Below, in pieces: positions 36,364 through 49,699 of a DNA stretch of 64,000 nucleotides (its first letter is position 1; every line of letters starts with the position of its first letter). The notes beneath the pieces are model-generated. The model did not search any database, was not told the origin of the DNA, and was given only the letters and a program-made list of their open reading frames with translations. This DNA comes from an uncultured bacterium (GTDB lineage: Bacteria > Krumholzibacteriota > Krumholzibacteriia > LZORAL124-64-63), in assembly GCA_963727525.1 (NCBI GenBank), contig CAVSGO010000007.1, forward strand, positions 1,952,001 through 2,016,000, given 5' to 3'. The position numbers and the translations under genes are program-made.

Positions 36364-38673
36364 GTGATACCCGCCCCCTGCCACCGCGCGCTCCGCCTCG
36401 GGGCCTGCCTGGTCCTGCTCCTCGTGGTTGCGTCACTGGGCGCGTGTGGCGACCACGGCGGACGGGTGTCCCGCCACACGCAGAGCACCGGCGGGCTAGC
36501 CGAACACGGCTCGCTGGCCGGCGCCAACGTCCTGCTCATCACCCTCGACACGACGCGACGGGATCACCTCGCCTGTTACGGGTACGAGTCGATCGCCACG
36601 CCGACGCTCGACCGCCTGGCGCGCGACGGCGTGCTGTTCTCCCGTGCGACCGCCGTCGCACCGATCACCTTGCCGGCACACACGTCGATCCTCACCGGAC
36701 TCTACCCGCGTCACCATGGCGTACGCAGCAATGGTTTCTACACCCTCGACGGGAAGCATGTGACCCTGGCTGAGACCCTGCACGACGCCGGCTACGCGAC
36801 CGGCGCCATCCTGGCAGCCTTCCCGCTGAGCGCACAGTTCGGCCTCGACCAGGGCTTCGACTTCTATGACGACGCCTTCGAGGGCGGCGACGAGGATCCC
36901 CTGCTCTTCGCTGAGCGGCGGGCCACCCAGGTGACCGATCACGCGCTGGCCTGGCTCGGCGACCGGACCGACCAGCCCTTCTTCCTCTGGGTCCACTATT
37001 TCGATCCACACTCGCCGTATCGAGCGCCCGATCCTTACCGGCTTCAGCACCGCGACGAGCCGTACGATGCCGAGATCGCCTACATGGACGCCGAACTCGG
37101 TCGCCTGCTCGACGGCCTGGCCCGACTCGGCCACGACGACGACACGATCATCGTGGCCGTCGGCGACCATGGCGAGGCACTCGGCGAGCACGGCGAGCCG
37201 ACCCATGCCTTCCTGCTCTACGAGGGCACGATGCACGTACCGCTGATCATGCGCTGCGGCCAGCGCCTGGGCGGCGGGATCGAACGCACCGACCGCGTCT
37301 CCCAGGTCGACGTGGTGCCCACACTCCTCGGGCTGCTGGGCCTGGATCCGCCGGCCGACCTCGACGGAGTCGACCTGCAGGAGGTCGGACCGCAGCCGCG
37401 GCCCATCTTCGGCGAGACCTACCAGGGCAAGATGGAGCACGGATGGGCGGCGCTTTACTCCGTGTACGAGAACGATCTCAAGTACATCGACGGCCCCACG
37501 CCGGAGTTGCACGACCTGGCCGACGACTCGCACGAGGACAAGGATCTCGTCGCCGATCGTCCCGAGGTCGCCTCCCGGCTGCGCGCTCTGCTTTCCGAGC
37601 ACTTCGGCGAGGAACTTGGGGCCAGCGGCGCGCCGTTGCCGTCGCGCGAGCTCAGCGACGAGGAGATCACCCGACTGCGTTCCCTCGGCTATGCGTTCAC
37701 GAATCCGAAAGGTCAACCGCTGCAAGGTCGCGGCGCCGATCCCCGCCGCATGGTCAAGGTGTTGCAGGAGGTCGACCACGTCGTCTTCTCGAAGCCGCCC
37801 GGCCAGCGCGGGCCGGAGGTCGTCGCCGAGCTCGAGTCCATCCTCCAGAAGTATCCGGACTTCGAGCCAGGCTATCGGTACCTGGGCATCGTACGGCGCG
37901 AGAACAGAGACCTCGCGGGCGCGGCCGAGGCGTTCTCGCGTGCGGTCAAGCTGAACCCCGAGTCGCCGGAGCTACGCCTCATGCTGGCCGACACGCGAGC
38001 GCGGCTGGGAAAGACCGCTCAGGCGATCGGCGACCTGCGCGGCATGCTCGCCGAGTTCCCACGCGACGCGAAGGGCCACCAGATCCTCGGCCGGTTGCTC
38101 CTGTCGAGTGGACGGCCGGATTCGGCCATGACGCACCTGTGGGTCGCCGCTGAGCTGGACCCCGAACTCGACGGCGTGGCGGAGGACCTCGAGCGCGCCG
38201 CCGCTGCAGCCGGCCGTTCCACCGAGTTGTTGCCATTCCTGAATACCCAGCTCGCCACGCATGCGCGATCGATCCCTATGCGCAAAGCCAAGGCCACCCT
38301 GCTCTATCGTCTGGGCCGCCAGGACGAGGGCGATGCGGTGCTGCGCGAGGGCTACCGGCTCTCGCCGGACGATCCGCAGGCCGTCAACGATCTGGCGAGA
38401 TTCCTGATCGCCCGGCCCGACAACGAGGGACGCCGCGTCGCAAGGGCGGCCGAACTGATGGCCACCCTGCCCGAGGACGTGGTGCGATCGGACGCCGAGC
38501 TGATACTGACCCGGAGCCAGATCCTCGGCGCGCAGGGGCGCCTCGACGAGGCCCAGACCATGGCCCGCGACGCCCTCGAGCTCGCGACCCGCAACCACCG
38601 CAACGCGGTCGCTCGCCGGGTCCAGCAGTACCTCGAGCAGATCGACGAGGCACGGCCACGGAGCGGAGGATAG
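36364..38673 (+). CDS. Sulfatase-like (alkaline phosphatase superfamily) hydrolase with C-terminal TPR repeats, probable lipoprotein
   Basis: LGA-C lipobox, NVLLITLDTTRRD, PITLPAHTSILTG, WVHYFDPHSPY, GDHGE, LRSLGY, then TPRs; start uncertain. Confidence 0.88.
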   Translation: MIPAPCHRALRLGACLVLLLVVASLGACGDHGGRVSRHTQSTGGLAEHGSLAGANVLLITLDTTRRDHLACYGYESIATPTLDRLARDGVLFSRATAVAPITLPAHTSILTGLYPRHHGVRSNGFYTLDGKHVTLAETLHDAGYATGAILAAFPLSAQFGLDQGFDFYDDAFEGGDEDPLLFAERRATQVTDHALAWLGDRTDQPFFLWVHYFDPHSPYRAPDPYRLQHRDEPYDAEIAYMDAELGRLLDGLARLGHDDDTIIVAVGDHGEALGEHGEPTHAFLLYEGTMHVPLIMRCGQRLGGGIERTDRVSQVDVVPTLLGLLGLDPPADLDGVDLQEVGPQPRPIFGETYQGKMEHGWAALYSVYENDLKYIDGPTPELHDLADDSHEDKDLVADRPEVASRLRALLSEHFGEELGASGAPLPSRELSDEEITRLRSLGYAFTNPKGQPLQGRGADPRRMVKVLQEVDHVVFSKPPGQRGPEVVAELESILQKYPDFEPGYRYLGIVRRENRDLAGAAEAFSRAVKLNPESPELRLMLADTRARLGKTAQAIGDLRGMLAEFPRDAKGHQILGRLLLSSGRPDSAMTHLWVAAELDPELDGVAEDLERAAAAAGRSTELLPFLNTQLATHARSIPMRKAKATLLYRLGRQDEGDAVLREGYRLSPDDPQAVNDLARFLIARPDNEGRRVARAAELMATLPEDVVRSDAELILTRSQILGAQGRLDEAQTMARDALELATRNHRNAVARRVQQYLEQIDEARPRSGG

Positions 38674-38696
38674 ATCGACGCGGATCCACCAGGCGA

Positions 38697-38948
38697 TCAG
38701 CGCGCCAGCACGATCTGTCGCGGCTGCGGCTCGCCGGCCACCGTGTCCTTCACGGTCCAGGCGAACACGGGCGCGTCCGTCGTGGTCAGGTCGCACGCCA
38801 CGCGACTCCCGAGGCCCGACACCTCGTAGTCGTCGAGAATCTGGCCGTGCTCTGTCCACCCGGACCCGTCGTGTACCCAGTACTCGAGCGTGGATCCGTG
38901 GGGCGTGAGATCCCCGGCAGAACCACGCTGCATCCAGAACGCGTGGGT
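38697..38948 (-). pseudogene. 3' fragment of a gene interrupted by the IS
   Basis: Coding-like frame (HAFWMQRG...LEYWVHDGSGW...PVFAWT...IVLAR*) begins right at the IS boundary. Confidence 0.6.
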
Positions 38949-40173
38949 TGTGCCAAGAAGAATGTTGTTGGCGCCTTGAGCCCCGGTACTCCCGGCCGCG
39001 CCCGACAGACCCGCTACGCGGCGTACGTCAGCTTGTGCCTCCGGTTCACCTTCAATGGCCGCGTCTCGACCCGTCGCCAGTAGTAGTCATCCCACAACGG
39101 CGGCAACTCGATATGCGACACGAACAGCCGCCGCGACAACACCTCCTCCTCGGTCAGGGGCTTCGTGGCGATCCCGATCTGCATCGCCGGCGTGCTCCAG
39201 CACCGCTTCTCCCGACGCAACTTGATCGTGTTGCGCCACACCAGGAAGATCGCCAGCCGGTAGATCGAATGCTGCCGTCGCTTCCCGAACGCGATCGTCT
39301 CCCGCGTGTGGTCTTTCAGACAATGCCGCAGCAACATGTCCAGCAAGTTGACCTCGAACAACGGGTTGCGACTCGTCCGCGGCTGACGGGAGTCGATCGT
39401 CTCGTGGATCACCTTGCAATACCGTAGCTTCGCGATCGCGTAGGGATAGGTCTTGTGCTTGTCGCTCCAGATGTGGGCCTCGGTGGCGCCGTCGAGCGAG
39501 ACCGAGAGCACCTCGAGCAGCGCCCGCATCAACGACCTGGGGTCCGGCCGGCCATAGTTTTGTTCAAAGAGGGACCGTTTCCATTTCTGCTCGTCGGTCA
39601 TCGCCCCGCTGCGTCGTCGCTCGGCCTCGGCGAAGTGGATGATGAAGCTGGAGGGGCGATCGACGGCCGCGACGATCTCGTAGGGGAAATACTGGGAGTG
39701 CTCGAAGGTGACGAGCCCGTCGATGGCGATGTCCACGAAGGGTGACGCCTGGGACACCAGGTGTCGATGGAAGAGGATGCAGTGTCGGCCGAGGCGGGCG
39801 AGGAGGTTGTCGACGGTCGTCGGCGAGGTGTCGAGGAGCCTGGCGATCTGGCGATTGGCGGCACCTGAGACGGCGTGCTTATGGACCTTGGGCAGGAGAT
39901 CGGCGCGTTTGAGCCAGTATGTGGTACGGAAGGTCTGGTCTGAGCAGGTTCTGCCGCAGGCCAGGCAGAGGTAGCGTTGGACGGTGTAGGGTGGGGATTT
40001 TCGGGAGAAGGTGCCGAAGAGCGCGAAGGGCCAGGGTTGCGGCTGAGGCTTGTGGTATTTGCAGTTAGGGTTGGGGCAGTGGGGAGGAAGCGTAGGGCAT
40101 GAAGTGAGGGTTTTGGTGTTCATGAGGACGGGCCCAGGCAAGCGCTGGACCCGTCAACATTCTTCGTGGCACA
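38949..40173 (-). mobile_element. Insertion sequence, IS1-like, 1225 bp
   Basis: Terminal inverted repeats TGTGCCAAGAAGAATGTTG (38949-38967) and CAACATTCTTCGTGGCACA (40155-40173), 18/19 identical, flanking one transposase ORF; GC is lower than in the flanks. Confidence 0.88.
39014..40123 (-). CDS. Transposase (zinc ribbon, HTH, DDE-type core; IS1-like)
   Basis: CPNPNC...QRYLCLACGRT, RQIARLLDTSPTTV, IAIDGLVTFEHS, IWSDKHKTY, LLRH...RETIAFGKR, TPAMQIGI. Confidence 0.85.
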   Translation of the reverse strand: MNTKTLTSCPTLPPHCPNPNCKYHKPQPQPWPFALFGTFSRKSPPYTVQRYLCLACGRTCSDQTFRTTYWLKRADLLPKVHKHAVSGAANRQIARLLDTSPTTVDNLLARLGRHCILFHRHLVSQASPFVDIAIDGLVTFEHSQYFPYEIVAAVDRPSSFIIHFAEAERRRSGAMTDEQKWKRSLFEQNYGRPDPRSLMRALLEVLSVSLDGATEAHIWSDKHKTYPYAIAKLRYCKVIHETIDSRQPRTSRNPLFEVNLLDMLLRHCLKDHTRETIAFGKRRQHSIYRLAIFLVWRNTIKLRREKRCWSTPAMQIGIATKPLTEEEVLSRRLFVSHIELPPLWDDYYWRRVETRPLKVNRRHKLTYAA

Positions 40174-40442
40174 TTACATGGGCTGTGACCATCGCCGTTG
40201 TGGAAGGGGACGAGATACTCGCGGTCCCCGCCGGGGGTAGGGGGTGCGGGAAGGAAGACCGTCCAGATCTCATGGTTGGCGTCTTCCCACGCGACGAGCG
40301 TCGTCATCTGGGGAGATTGCGCGATGGCCGGGTGGTCGCAGTCCACGACGCCATCGCTGACGGTCATCACCTCGAGCGACGCCGCCGTGGAGCCGCACAG
40401 CGCACACGCGAACAGCCAGGGAAGGATGCGGAAGGCGATCAT
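40174..40442 (-). pseudogene. 5' fragment of a secreted-protein gene truncated by the IS
   Basis: AAGGAGG RBS, signal peptide MIAFRILPWLFACALCGSTAA, coding-like to ...GDGHSP, then reads into the IS terminal repeat. Confidence 0.65.
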
Positions 40443-40570
40443 GGCAGCCTCCTTGAGGGAGCATCAGGGAGGGTGAAAGTCTCCGTTCATCATACCACAT
40501 CATCACCCGGCGAATATCGGATTCGCCCCCATCGAGTCCGACCGTTTCGCTGGACCATGGCCGCGAATCG

Positions 40571-40957
40571 TCACCGGTGCATGCCGAGAACCATGCCGCC
40601 AAGATACGGAATCAGCCAGACGCACCACACGACCTGACTGTAGCGGTGAAATTCGTGGCGGGTCCGTGGGCTGCCATGCAGAGCTACGCGCGTCGCCCAG
40701 ATCGCATGAACGAACATGAGCCACAACGCGATCTGTCCGGTCAGCGTGTGCGGGTCGCGAAGGTTGAACGGGCCCCTCGCCAGATGATGCATCGCGACGG
40801 TACCGCTCACGTCGAAGGACAGTCCGACCCAGAACGCGATCACGTGGCGTCGCGTGAGGTCGTGGGCGAGTCGCTCGCCCCAGACCCCCCACGTGTAGAA
40901 GACCAGCGCGAGCGAGATCAGGGTGAACGAGGCGATCACCGCTGGTGGCATCGGCAT
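40571..40957 (-). CDS. HsmA/TIGR03987-family small membrane protein
   Basis: ISLALVFYTWGVWGE, FWVGLSFDVSGT, HTLTGQIALWLMFVHAIWA, FHRYS...WLIPY. Confidence 0.8.
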   Translation of the reverse strand: MPMPPAVIASFTLISLALVFYTWGVWGERLAHDLTRRHVIAFWVGLSFDVSGTVAMHHLARGPFNLRDPHTLTGQIALWLMFVHAIWATRVALHGSPRTRHEFHRYSQVVWCVWLIPYLGGMVLGMHR

Positions 40958-41152
40958 CCTCCGTGAGGCGTCACCGGTCGACAGCCCGGACGTCAGGGAC
41001 GGGAACAGGGATCGTACCACCGTTCCATCGTTCTGGCCGACCTCGGTTTGCCGGCGTGAGGCGAGACGGACACCTTCATCGTCGACGGCCACGCTGGCGC
41101 CACAACCATAATAGACTGCGATGTAGTAACTTACAAAGCGACTACCCGAACA

Positions 41153-41181
41153 GCGGCCCCCGACTCACCGCCGGGGGCCGC
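41153..41181 (-). terminator. Hairpin terminator after surA
   Basis: GCGGCCCCCG-N9-CGGGGGCCGC followed by TGTT on the minus strand. Confidence 0.6.
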
Positions 41182-41204
41182 GCGTATTCGCCCGCGCTGA
41201 TCCG

Positions 41205-42533
41205 CTAGCTCTTGATGTCGACGTAGAACCTGTCCTTCAGGCTGTCCACGTACTTCGTGAGTTCCTTTTCGATCTTCTGGTTCTCGACGAAGTGGCGCAG
41301 ATCGTCCTTCAGCTCGTCGTAGGTGTACTGGTGGCCATGGGTGCGGTCGGCGACGAGGAAGAGGTACCAGCCGGCGGGCGTGAGGAGGGGTTCGGTGATC
41401 TGGCCGGCTTCGGTGTCCTTGAGGACGGACTGGAACTGCTCGCTCAGGTCGCTGAGCTGGAAGGTGCCCAGGAGGCCGCCCTTCTTGGCGGAGGTGGGGT
41501 CCTCGCTCAGTTCCTCGGCGACGAGGCTGAAGGGAGTGCCGCTCTCCACTCGCTCGCGGGCTGCGGCGATGCGCTGCTTGGCGGCGTCGACGTCGGCCTG
41601 GGTGGGCTGCAGGGGGAAAAAGACCTGACTCAGGGTGCGGCCACCGTCGGGGTCGATGGCGTCGACCTTCACGACGTGGACGCCACGGCTGGAGATGATC
41701 GGGTCGCTCACCTTGCCGATCGGCAGGGCGAAGACGCTTTGTTCCAGGCTGCGGTCGAAGAGGTCGCCCGGCTTGACAACACCGATGCGGCCTCCGCGCT
41801 GGGCGTTGGGCCCCTCACTGTACTGCATGGCAACACTGGCGAAGTCCTGGCCGCGGCGCAGGGCGTCCTGGGCCTCGGCCACCTTGCGCTGCACGGCGCG
41901 GCGGGCCTCCTCCGAGGGCTGTACGCGCACGAGGATGTCGGAGATGGTGAGGCTGTCGGGCTCGGCCGGCATCTCGGCAATGTGGTCGAGGTAATATTGC
42001 TGTACCTCGTTCTCCATCACCTCCACGTGCGGGCGGATGAACTTGCCCACCACGAGGCGCAGGTACTGCTGGTCGCGGAGCTGGTTGGCGTAGCGGGTGC
42101 GGAAGTCGTCGATGGACATGCCGGCGCGGTTCATCTCGCGCACGAGGGCGTCGCGAGATCCGTATTGCTTCTCCAGGTCGTCGATGCGCGCCTTCACCTG
42201 CTTGTCGATGTCTTCCTCCTCGACACGCAAGTCGGCCTGCTTGGCGGCGGCGATGATCAGCTTGCTCTCGATGAGCGAGTCGAGGACCTGCTTGCGTAGC
42301 TCGGGTGTGACTGGCTCCGGCTGCTGGCCCTGGTACTGGCGGTCGAGCTGGGAGAGTTCGACGGCCCTCTCGAGATCGCTGGCGAGGATGGCCTCCTCGT
42401 CGACGATGGCCACGATGCGATCCACCAGGATCGGTTCGTCGGCTGCGCGCGCCAAAGCGGGCACGAAAGCCGGCAGCCCGGCCGTCACGAGGACGAGCCA
42501 AGCTGCCAGCAACAAGATGCGGATGCGGGGCAT
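41205..42533 (-). CDS. surA: SurA-type periplasmic chaperone/PPIase (two parvulin domains)
   Basis: VDRIVAIVDEEAILASD, LDSLIESKL, YSEGPNAQRGG, SEDPTSAKKGGLLG. Confidence 0.85.
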   Translation of the reverse strand: MPRIRILLLAAWLVLVTAGLPAFVPALARAADEPILVDRIVAIVDEEAILASDLERAVELSQLDRQYQGQQPEPVTPELRKQVLDSLIESKLIIAAAKQADLRVEEEDIDKQVKARIDDLEKQYGSRDALVREMNRAGMSIDDFRTRYANQLRDQQYLRLVVGKFIRPHVEVMENEVQQYYLDHIAEMPAEPDSLTISDILVRVQPSEEARRAVQRKVAEAQDALRRGQDFASVAMQYSEGPNAQRGGRIGVVKPGDLFDRSLEQSVFALPIGKVSDPIISSRGVHVVKVDAIDPDGGRTLSQVFFPLQPTQADVDAAKQRIAAARERVESGTPFSLVAEELSEDPTSAKKGGLLGTFQLSDLSEQFQSVLKDTEAGQITEPLLTPAGWYLFLVADRTHGHQYTYDELKDDLRHFVENQKIEKELTKYVDSLKDRFYVDIKS

Positions 42534-42547
42534 CAACTCTCCCTACG

Positions 42548-44377
42548 TCAGCTGGCCTGCGCGGGCTGCGGGTTCGCCGCAGCGAGCGTCTGGTACGACG
42601 GCAATTCGGCGAGCGCCTTCTCGTCGACGGTCACGGGGAACTCCTGCCGCCACTTGGCCAGACTCTCCACCAGCGACTGATCCTGACGTTCGGCCTGGAT
42701 ACGCTTGACGACGAGATCCTTGCGATCCTCGAGCTTGGGTTGGAAGGCGTCTTCGACCTTCTCGCAGATCCCGACGGCCCAGCCGCCGTCGATCTCGGTG
42801 GGCTGGCTCAACTCGTTCAGGGGCAGCGTGAAGAGGAACTTGGCGCCCACGTGGTCATCGTCCTCGTGGATCGCGTGCAGACGGCCGAACTCATCGAGAA
42901 GCTTGGCGTCGTTGCCGAAGAGCTTGTTGACGTCGCGCCAGCTCTGTCCGTCGAGCACTGCCTGCCGCGCCTTGGCCGCCGCGGCCTCGTCGGCGCAGCG
43001 CACCATGCGACCGAAACGGGTCTCGGTGACGAAATAGTCTTCCTTGTGCTCGTCCCAGAAGCTCTGGATCTGTTCCGGGGACACGTACTGCTCGAACGGT
43101 ACCTGCTCGTTGTGGACCTTCTCCACGAACATCTGCTCGATCCGCTCCGTTGCCCGAGCGACGGTGCGCGGATCGTCGAGGTAGCCGCTCGTGACCGCCA
43201 CGTCGTGCAAGATGGCCTTGTCGGCGTCGATTTGCAGCTTGCGCTCCATGTTGCCGATCAGCTCGCCTCGCTTGGGCCGGTCGAAGACGTTCATCTGGTC
43301 GAACATGTCCTTGTAGTCGCCCACGGTCACGAGCACGGGCCCTGTGGAGAGCTTGTAGCTGACGAGGGGTAAGTCGAAGTCCTTGGGATCGACATTCAAC
43401 GGCTTGAGGTCGTCGTGTTTGGTCGGCTTCTTCGTATCGGGATCGATGATGTCTTCCTTCAGGGGTAGCCCTGCGAAGCATACGGCCAGCGCGTCGGGAT
43501 CGATCACGAGATCGTGAGCCTGCCGCAACTCCGCGCGCTTCGCTTCCTGGGCCAGGGTGCGGTTGCGGCTGCCGAGCTGCTGGGCGACCCGATCGTGGAT
43601 CGAGGCCAGGTCGGGCTTGGCGTCGGCCATGATGCTGTCCACACGCACCACCCAGTATCCGTACTGCGACGGGATGGGATGCGTGACGCCGCCCACGTCC
43701 TCGCCGAAGACCGCAGCCTCGAAATCGGGCGAGTACTGGCCCCAGGCCACCGTGAGATTGGTGGGTCGCGTGGCGTCGGCGTCCTTGGCGTGGTAGCGGG
43801 CCTTGATGGTGTCCCAGGGCACGCCGGCAAGTGCATCGGCGCGGGCCTTCTCGGCATCGGCCTCGTAGTCGGCGATGATGAAATCGATGTTGCGCTTCTC
43901 GCCGAGGCGCGAGAAGTAATGCTGGACATCGGCCTCGGGCGCAATGGCGGGAACATCCTTGAGCTGGTCTTCCCAGTACACGTTCTGCGCCTGGTAGTCC
44001 TTGAGGGTCGCGAAATTGCTCGCCACCTGCGGATCGTTCATGTAGCCCAGCTGATAACCCTTGAGGACCATCAACTCCTTGTTCACGAGGACGTCGAGGA
44101 ACGCTTTCTTGCCCGCGAGGGTGGACGTGTCCACCGGCTGCCCCGCGTCGTCGCGCGGAAGCTGGTCCAGCTGCAGCTTGGCGAGCTTCTCCTTGTAGTA
44201 CCCGGCAGTGACATCCCGGTCGCCGACCGTGGCGATCACCGTATCGTCGGTGAGTGGCTTCTTGGCACAGCCGGCCACCAGCAGGGGCAGCACGACGAGG
44301 GTCGCGACGATGAGGGCGGCAGTACCAGACGCGATGCCGCCATGGGACTCGCGAATTCGTGGGGAGCTGAAATGCAT
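42548..44377 (-). CDS. PpiC/PrsA-like foldase lipoprotein with degenerate parvulin domains
   Basis: VAG-C lipobox, VIATVGDRDVT, FLDVLVNKEL, PIPSQYGYWVVRV; lies between mfd and surA. Confidence 0.75.
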   Translation of the reverse strand: MHFSSPRIRESHGGIASGTAALIVATLVVLPLLVAGCAKKPLTDDTVIATVGDRDVTAGYYKEKLAKLQLDQLPRDDAGQPVDTSTLAGKKAFLDVLVNKELMVLKGYQLGYMNDPQVASNFATLKDYQAQNVYWEDQLKDVPAIAPEADVQHYFSRLGEKRNIDFIIADYEADAEKARADALAGVPWDTIKARYHAKDADATRPTNLTVAWGQYSPDFEAAVFGEDVGGVTHPIPSQYGYWVVRVDSIMADAKPDLASIHDRVAQQLGSRNRTLAQEAKRAELRQAHDLVIDPDALAVCFAGLPLKEDIIDPDTKKPTKHDDLKPLNVDPKDFDLPLVSYKLSTGPVLVTVGDYKDMFDQMNVFDRPKRGELIGNMERKLQIDADKAILHDVAVTSGYLDDPRTVARATERIEQMFVEKVHNEQVPFEQYVSPEQIQSFWDEHKEDYFVTETRFGRMVRCADEAAAAKARQAVLDGQSWRDVNKLFGNDAKLLDEFGRLHAIHEDDDHVGAKFLFTLPLNELSQPTEIDGGWAVGICEKVEDAFQPKLEDRKDLVVKRIQAERQDQSLVESLAKWRQEFPVTVDEKALAELPSYQTLAAANPQPAQAS

Positions 44378-44386
44378 GACGTCTCC

Positions 44387-47905
<3,519 letters not shown>

Positions 47906-47949
47906 CGTTCCGGACTGTTGAGCGTCGACGACCTCATGGTCGCGAATAC

Positions 47950-49668
47950 CTAGTCTCCGATGACGCCGTGGTCGTCGGCTCGCAGGACGATCAGGTCCCA
48001 CGCCGTGCCCGTGTTCGACTGGGCACCGACCGCCGTGATACCGCCCTGGCCGTCGCCGACGACACCCCAGCCCATGGCCTGCCGGCCCATCGCGCGGGTC
48101 ACGCGCCAGCGCCACCGGCCGCCATCGGTCAGCTCTCCCACGGTGAAGCGCGTGGAACCGTCATCCTCGCGCCAGTAGCCGGTGACGCCCCAGCGTCCCC
48201 CCACCGAGGGCGCGATGGCGGAGGCCTGGGTCCAGTCGCCGATCGTGGTCAACCAGCGCAGATAGCCGGCCGCCGCGTCGAAGGTGGCGACGAAACCCCG
48301 GCGCCTGGCCAAATCGCTGGTGAAGGACTGGCCCGCCAGGGCCACGCGGCCGTCCCGCAATGCACCGCCGCGCAGGAAGTACGCGTCGGACGTGCCCAGG
48401 CGCGTGTTCCAGACCTCGCTGCCGTCGCTCGCGAGCCCCCGTAGCCACACACCGGCGGGAGAGCCGCCGGAGTTCGTGATGTCGCCGACCACGACGAACA
48501 TGCCGGACGCGAGTTCCCAGACCTGACGCACGGTGCGGTCGGCCTCGAGGGCGAAGGCGATGCGATCCTGCTCGGTGCCGCCGGCGTCGAGACGAATCAC
48601 GGCGCCGTCGCCGGCGGTGGTGCGGCCGGCGGTGAGCCAGCCGCCGGCACCATCGCCGCTCAGGGCGCCCAGGGTCACGTCGGTGAGCGCCGTCTGCCAC
48701 TGCACGCTGCCGTCGGCGAGGGCGAAGCGGACCACCGTGCCGTCGCCGGCGGCGACCACGAGTCCCGCATCGTCGGCTACCGACGCCACCGGCGGCTGCG
48801 CGGCCGCAAGGATCGACTGCTGCCACGACAGGCCGGCCGTCGGTGTCAGACCCAGGAGTTGCGGCGCCACGTCGGGCACGTCGCTGAACCGCGGCACGGC
48901 CTGGCTCAGCACCACCAGACCGTCGGCATCCGCAAGCACCACCGGGAGCGCGCCGAGCTGGTTGCCCGTCACCGCAACGGTGGTGACGAAGCGGGGCAGA
49001 TTCACGTAGCGATGCGGCACGCTCCACTGCGAGGTCTCGCTGAGCGTGTTGGCGCGCGCACGTACGTAGTAGACGCCGGTGGCGGGCAGGGTGGTGGTGA
49101 CGGTGGTGTCCTGGGTGGTACCGGTGAGCACGATGTCGGTGAACAGACTGTCCCGGGCCACGGCATAGGCGTAGTCGAGCGCGAGGGGGAACACCAACCA
49201 CTGCGCGCGCAGCAACGACGTGCCGCCGCTGTCGTCGGCATCCACGCTCGTGATCTGCGGGATCGTCTGCAGGGAGGGGTCGACGGTGATCGAGATCGGA
49301 TCGGCGCTGGCGCTCACCCCGGCGTCGTCGCGCACGTCGGCCGTCACCTCCACGGGCTGGCCGCTGGCCCAGCGCCCCACGGCCGCGGTGGCTTCCCACG
49401 GCGCCGCGGTCACGGTGGCCACCAGCTCGCCACCGATAGAGAAGCGGACGCGGCTCACACCGCTGTCATCGCGCGCATCGGCGCCCAGGACGACGGTGCT
49501 GTCGGTGATCGCGGCGCCATCGGCCGGCAGCACGATCGCAATGGTCGGTGGTGCGTTGTTCGAGTCGCTGCTGCAGCCGGCGATGGTCCCGAGCGCGACG
49601 AGGCCAACACCGACCAAGCAGGCGCCGATCGTGCGGGCGCCGATCATCCAATGTGCCGATCGCATCAT
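47950..49668 (-). CDS. Lipoprotein with Ig-like domain(s) and C-terminal beta-propeller
   Basis: IAG-C lipobox, PPTIAIVLPADGA...DDSGVSRVRF (Big-type Ig), PQQ-like repeats (DGSVQWQ, DGSEVW). Confidence 0.7.
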   Translation of the reverse strand: MMRSAHWMIGARTIGACLVGVGLVALGTIAGCSSDSNNAPPTIAIVLPADGAAITDSTVVLGADARDDSGVSRVRFSIGGELVATVTAAPWEATAAVGRWASGQPVEVTADVRDDAGVSASADPISITVDPSLQTIPQITSVDADDSGGTSLLRAQWLVFPLALDYAYAVARDSLFTDIVLTGTTQDTTVTTTLPATGVYYVRARANTLSETSQWSVPHRYVNLPRFVTTVAVTGNQLGALPVVLADADGLVVLSQAVPRFSDVPDVAPQLLGLTPTAGLSWQQSILAAAQPPVASVADDAGLVVAAGDGTVVRFALADGSVQWQTALTDVTLGALSGDGAGGWLTAGRTTAGDGAVIRLDAGGTEQDRIAFALEADRTVRQVWELASGMFVVVGDITNSGGSPAGVWLRGLASDGSEVWNTRLGTSDAYFLRGGALRDGRVALAGQSFTSDLARRRGFVATFDAAAGYLRWLTTIGDWTQASAIAPSVGGRWGVTGYWREDDGSTRFTVGELTDGGRWRWRVTRAMGRQAMGWGVVGDGQGGITAVGAQSNTGTAWDLIVLRADDHGVIGD

Positions 49669-49699
49669 GGTCGTCCTCGCAGCCTGGGCCACCGGCCCG

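Noticed and set aside
40068..40097. Four G-tracts resembling a G-quadruplex near the IS end
   Set aside because: They are the complement of Pro-rich codons at the transposase N-terminus; no independent evidence of function
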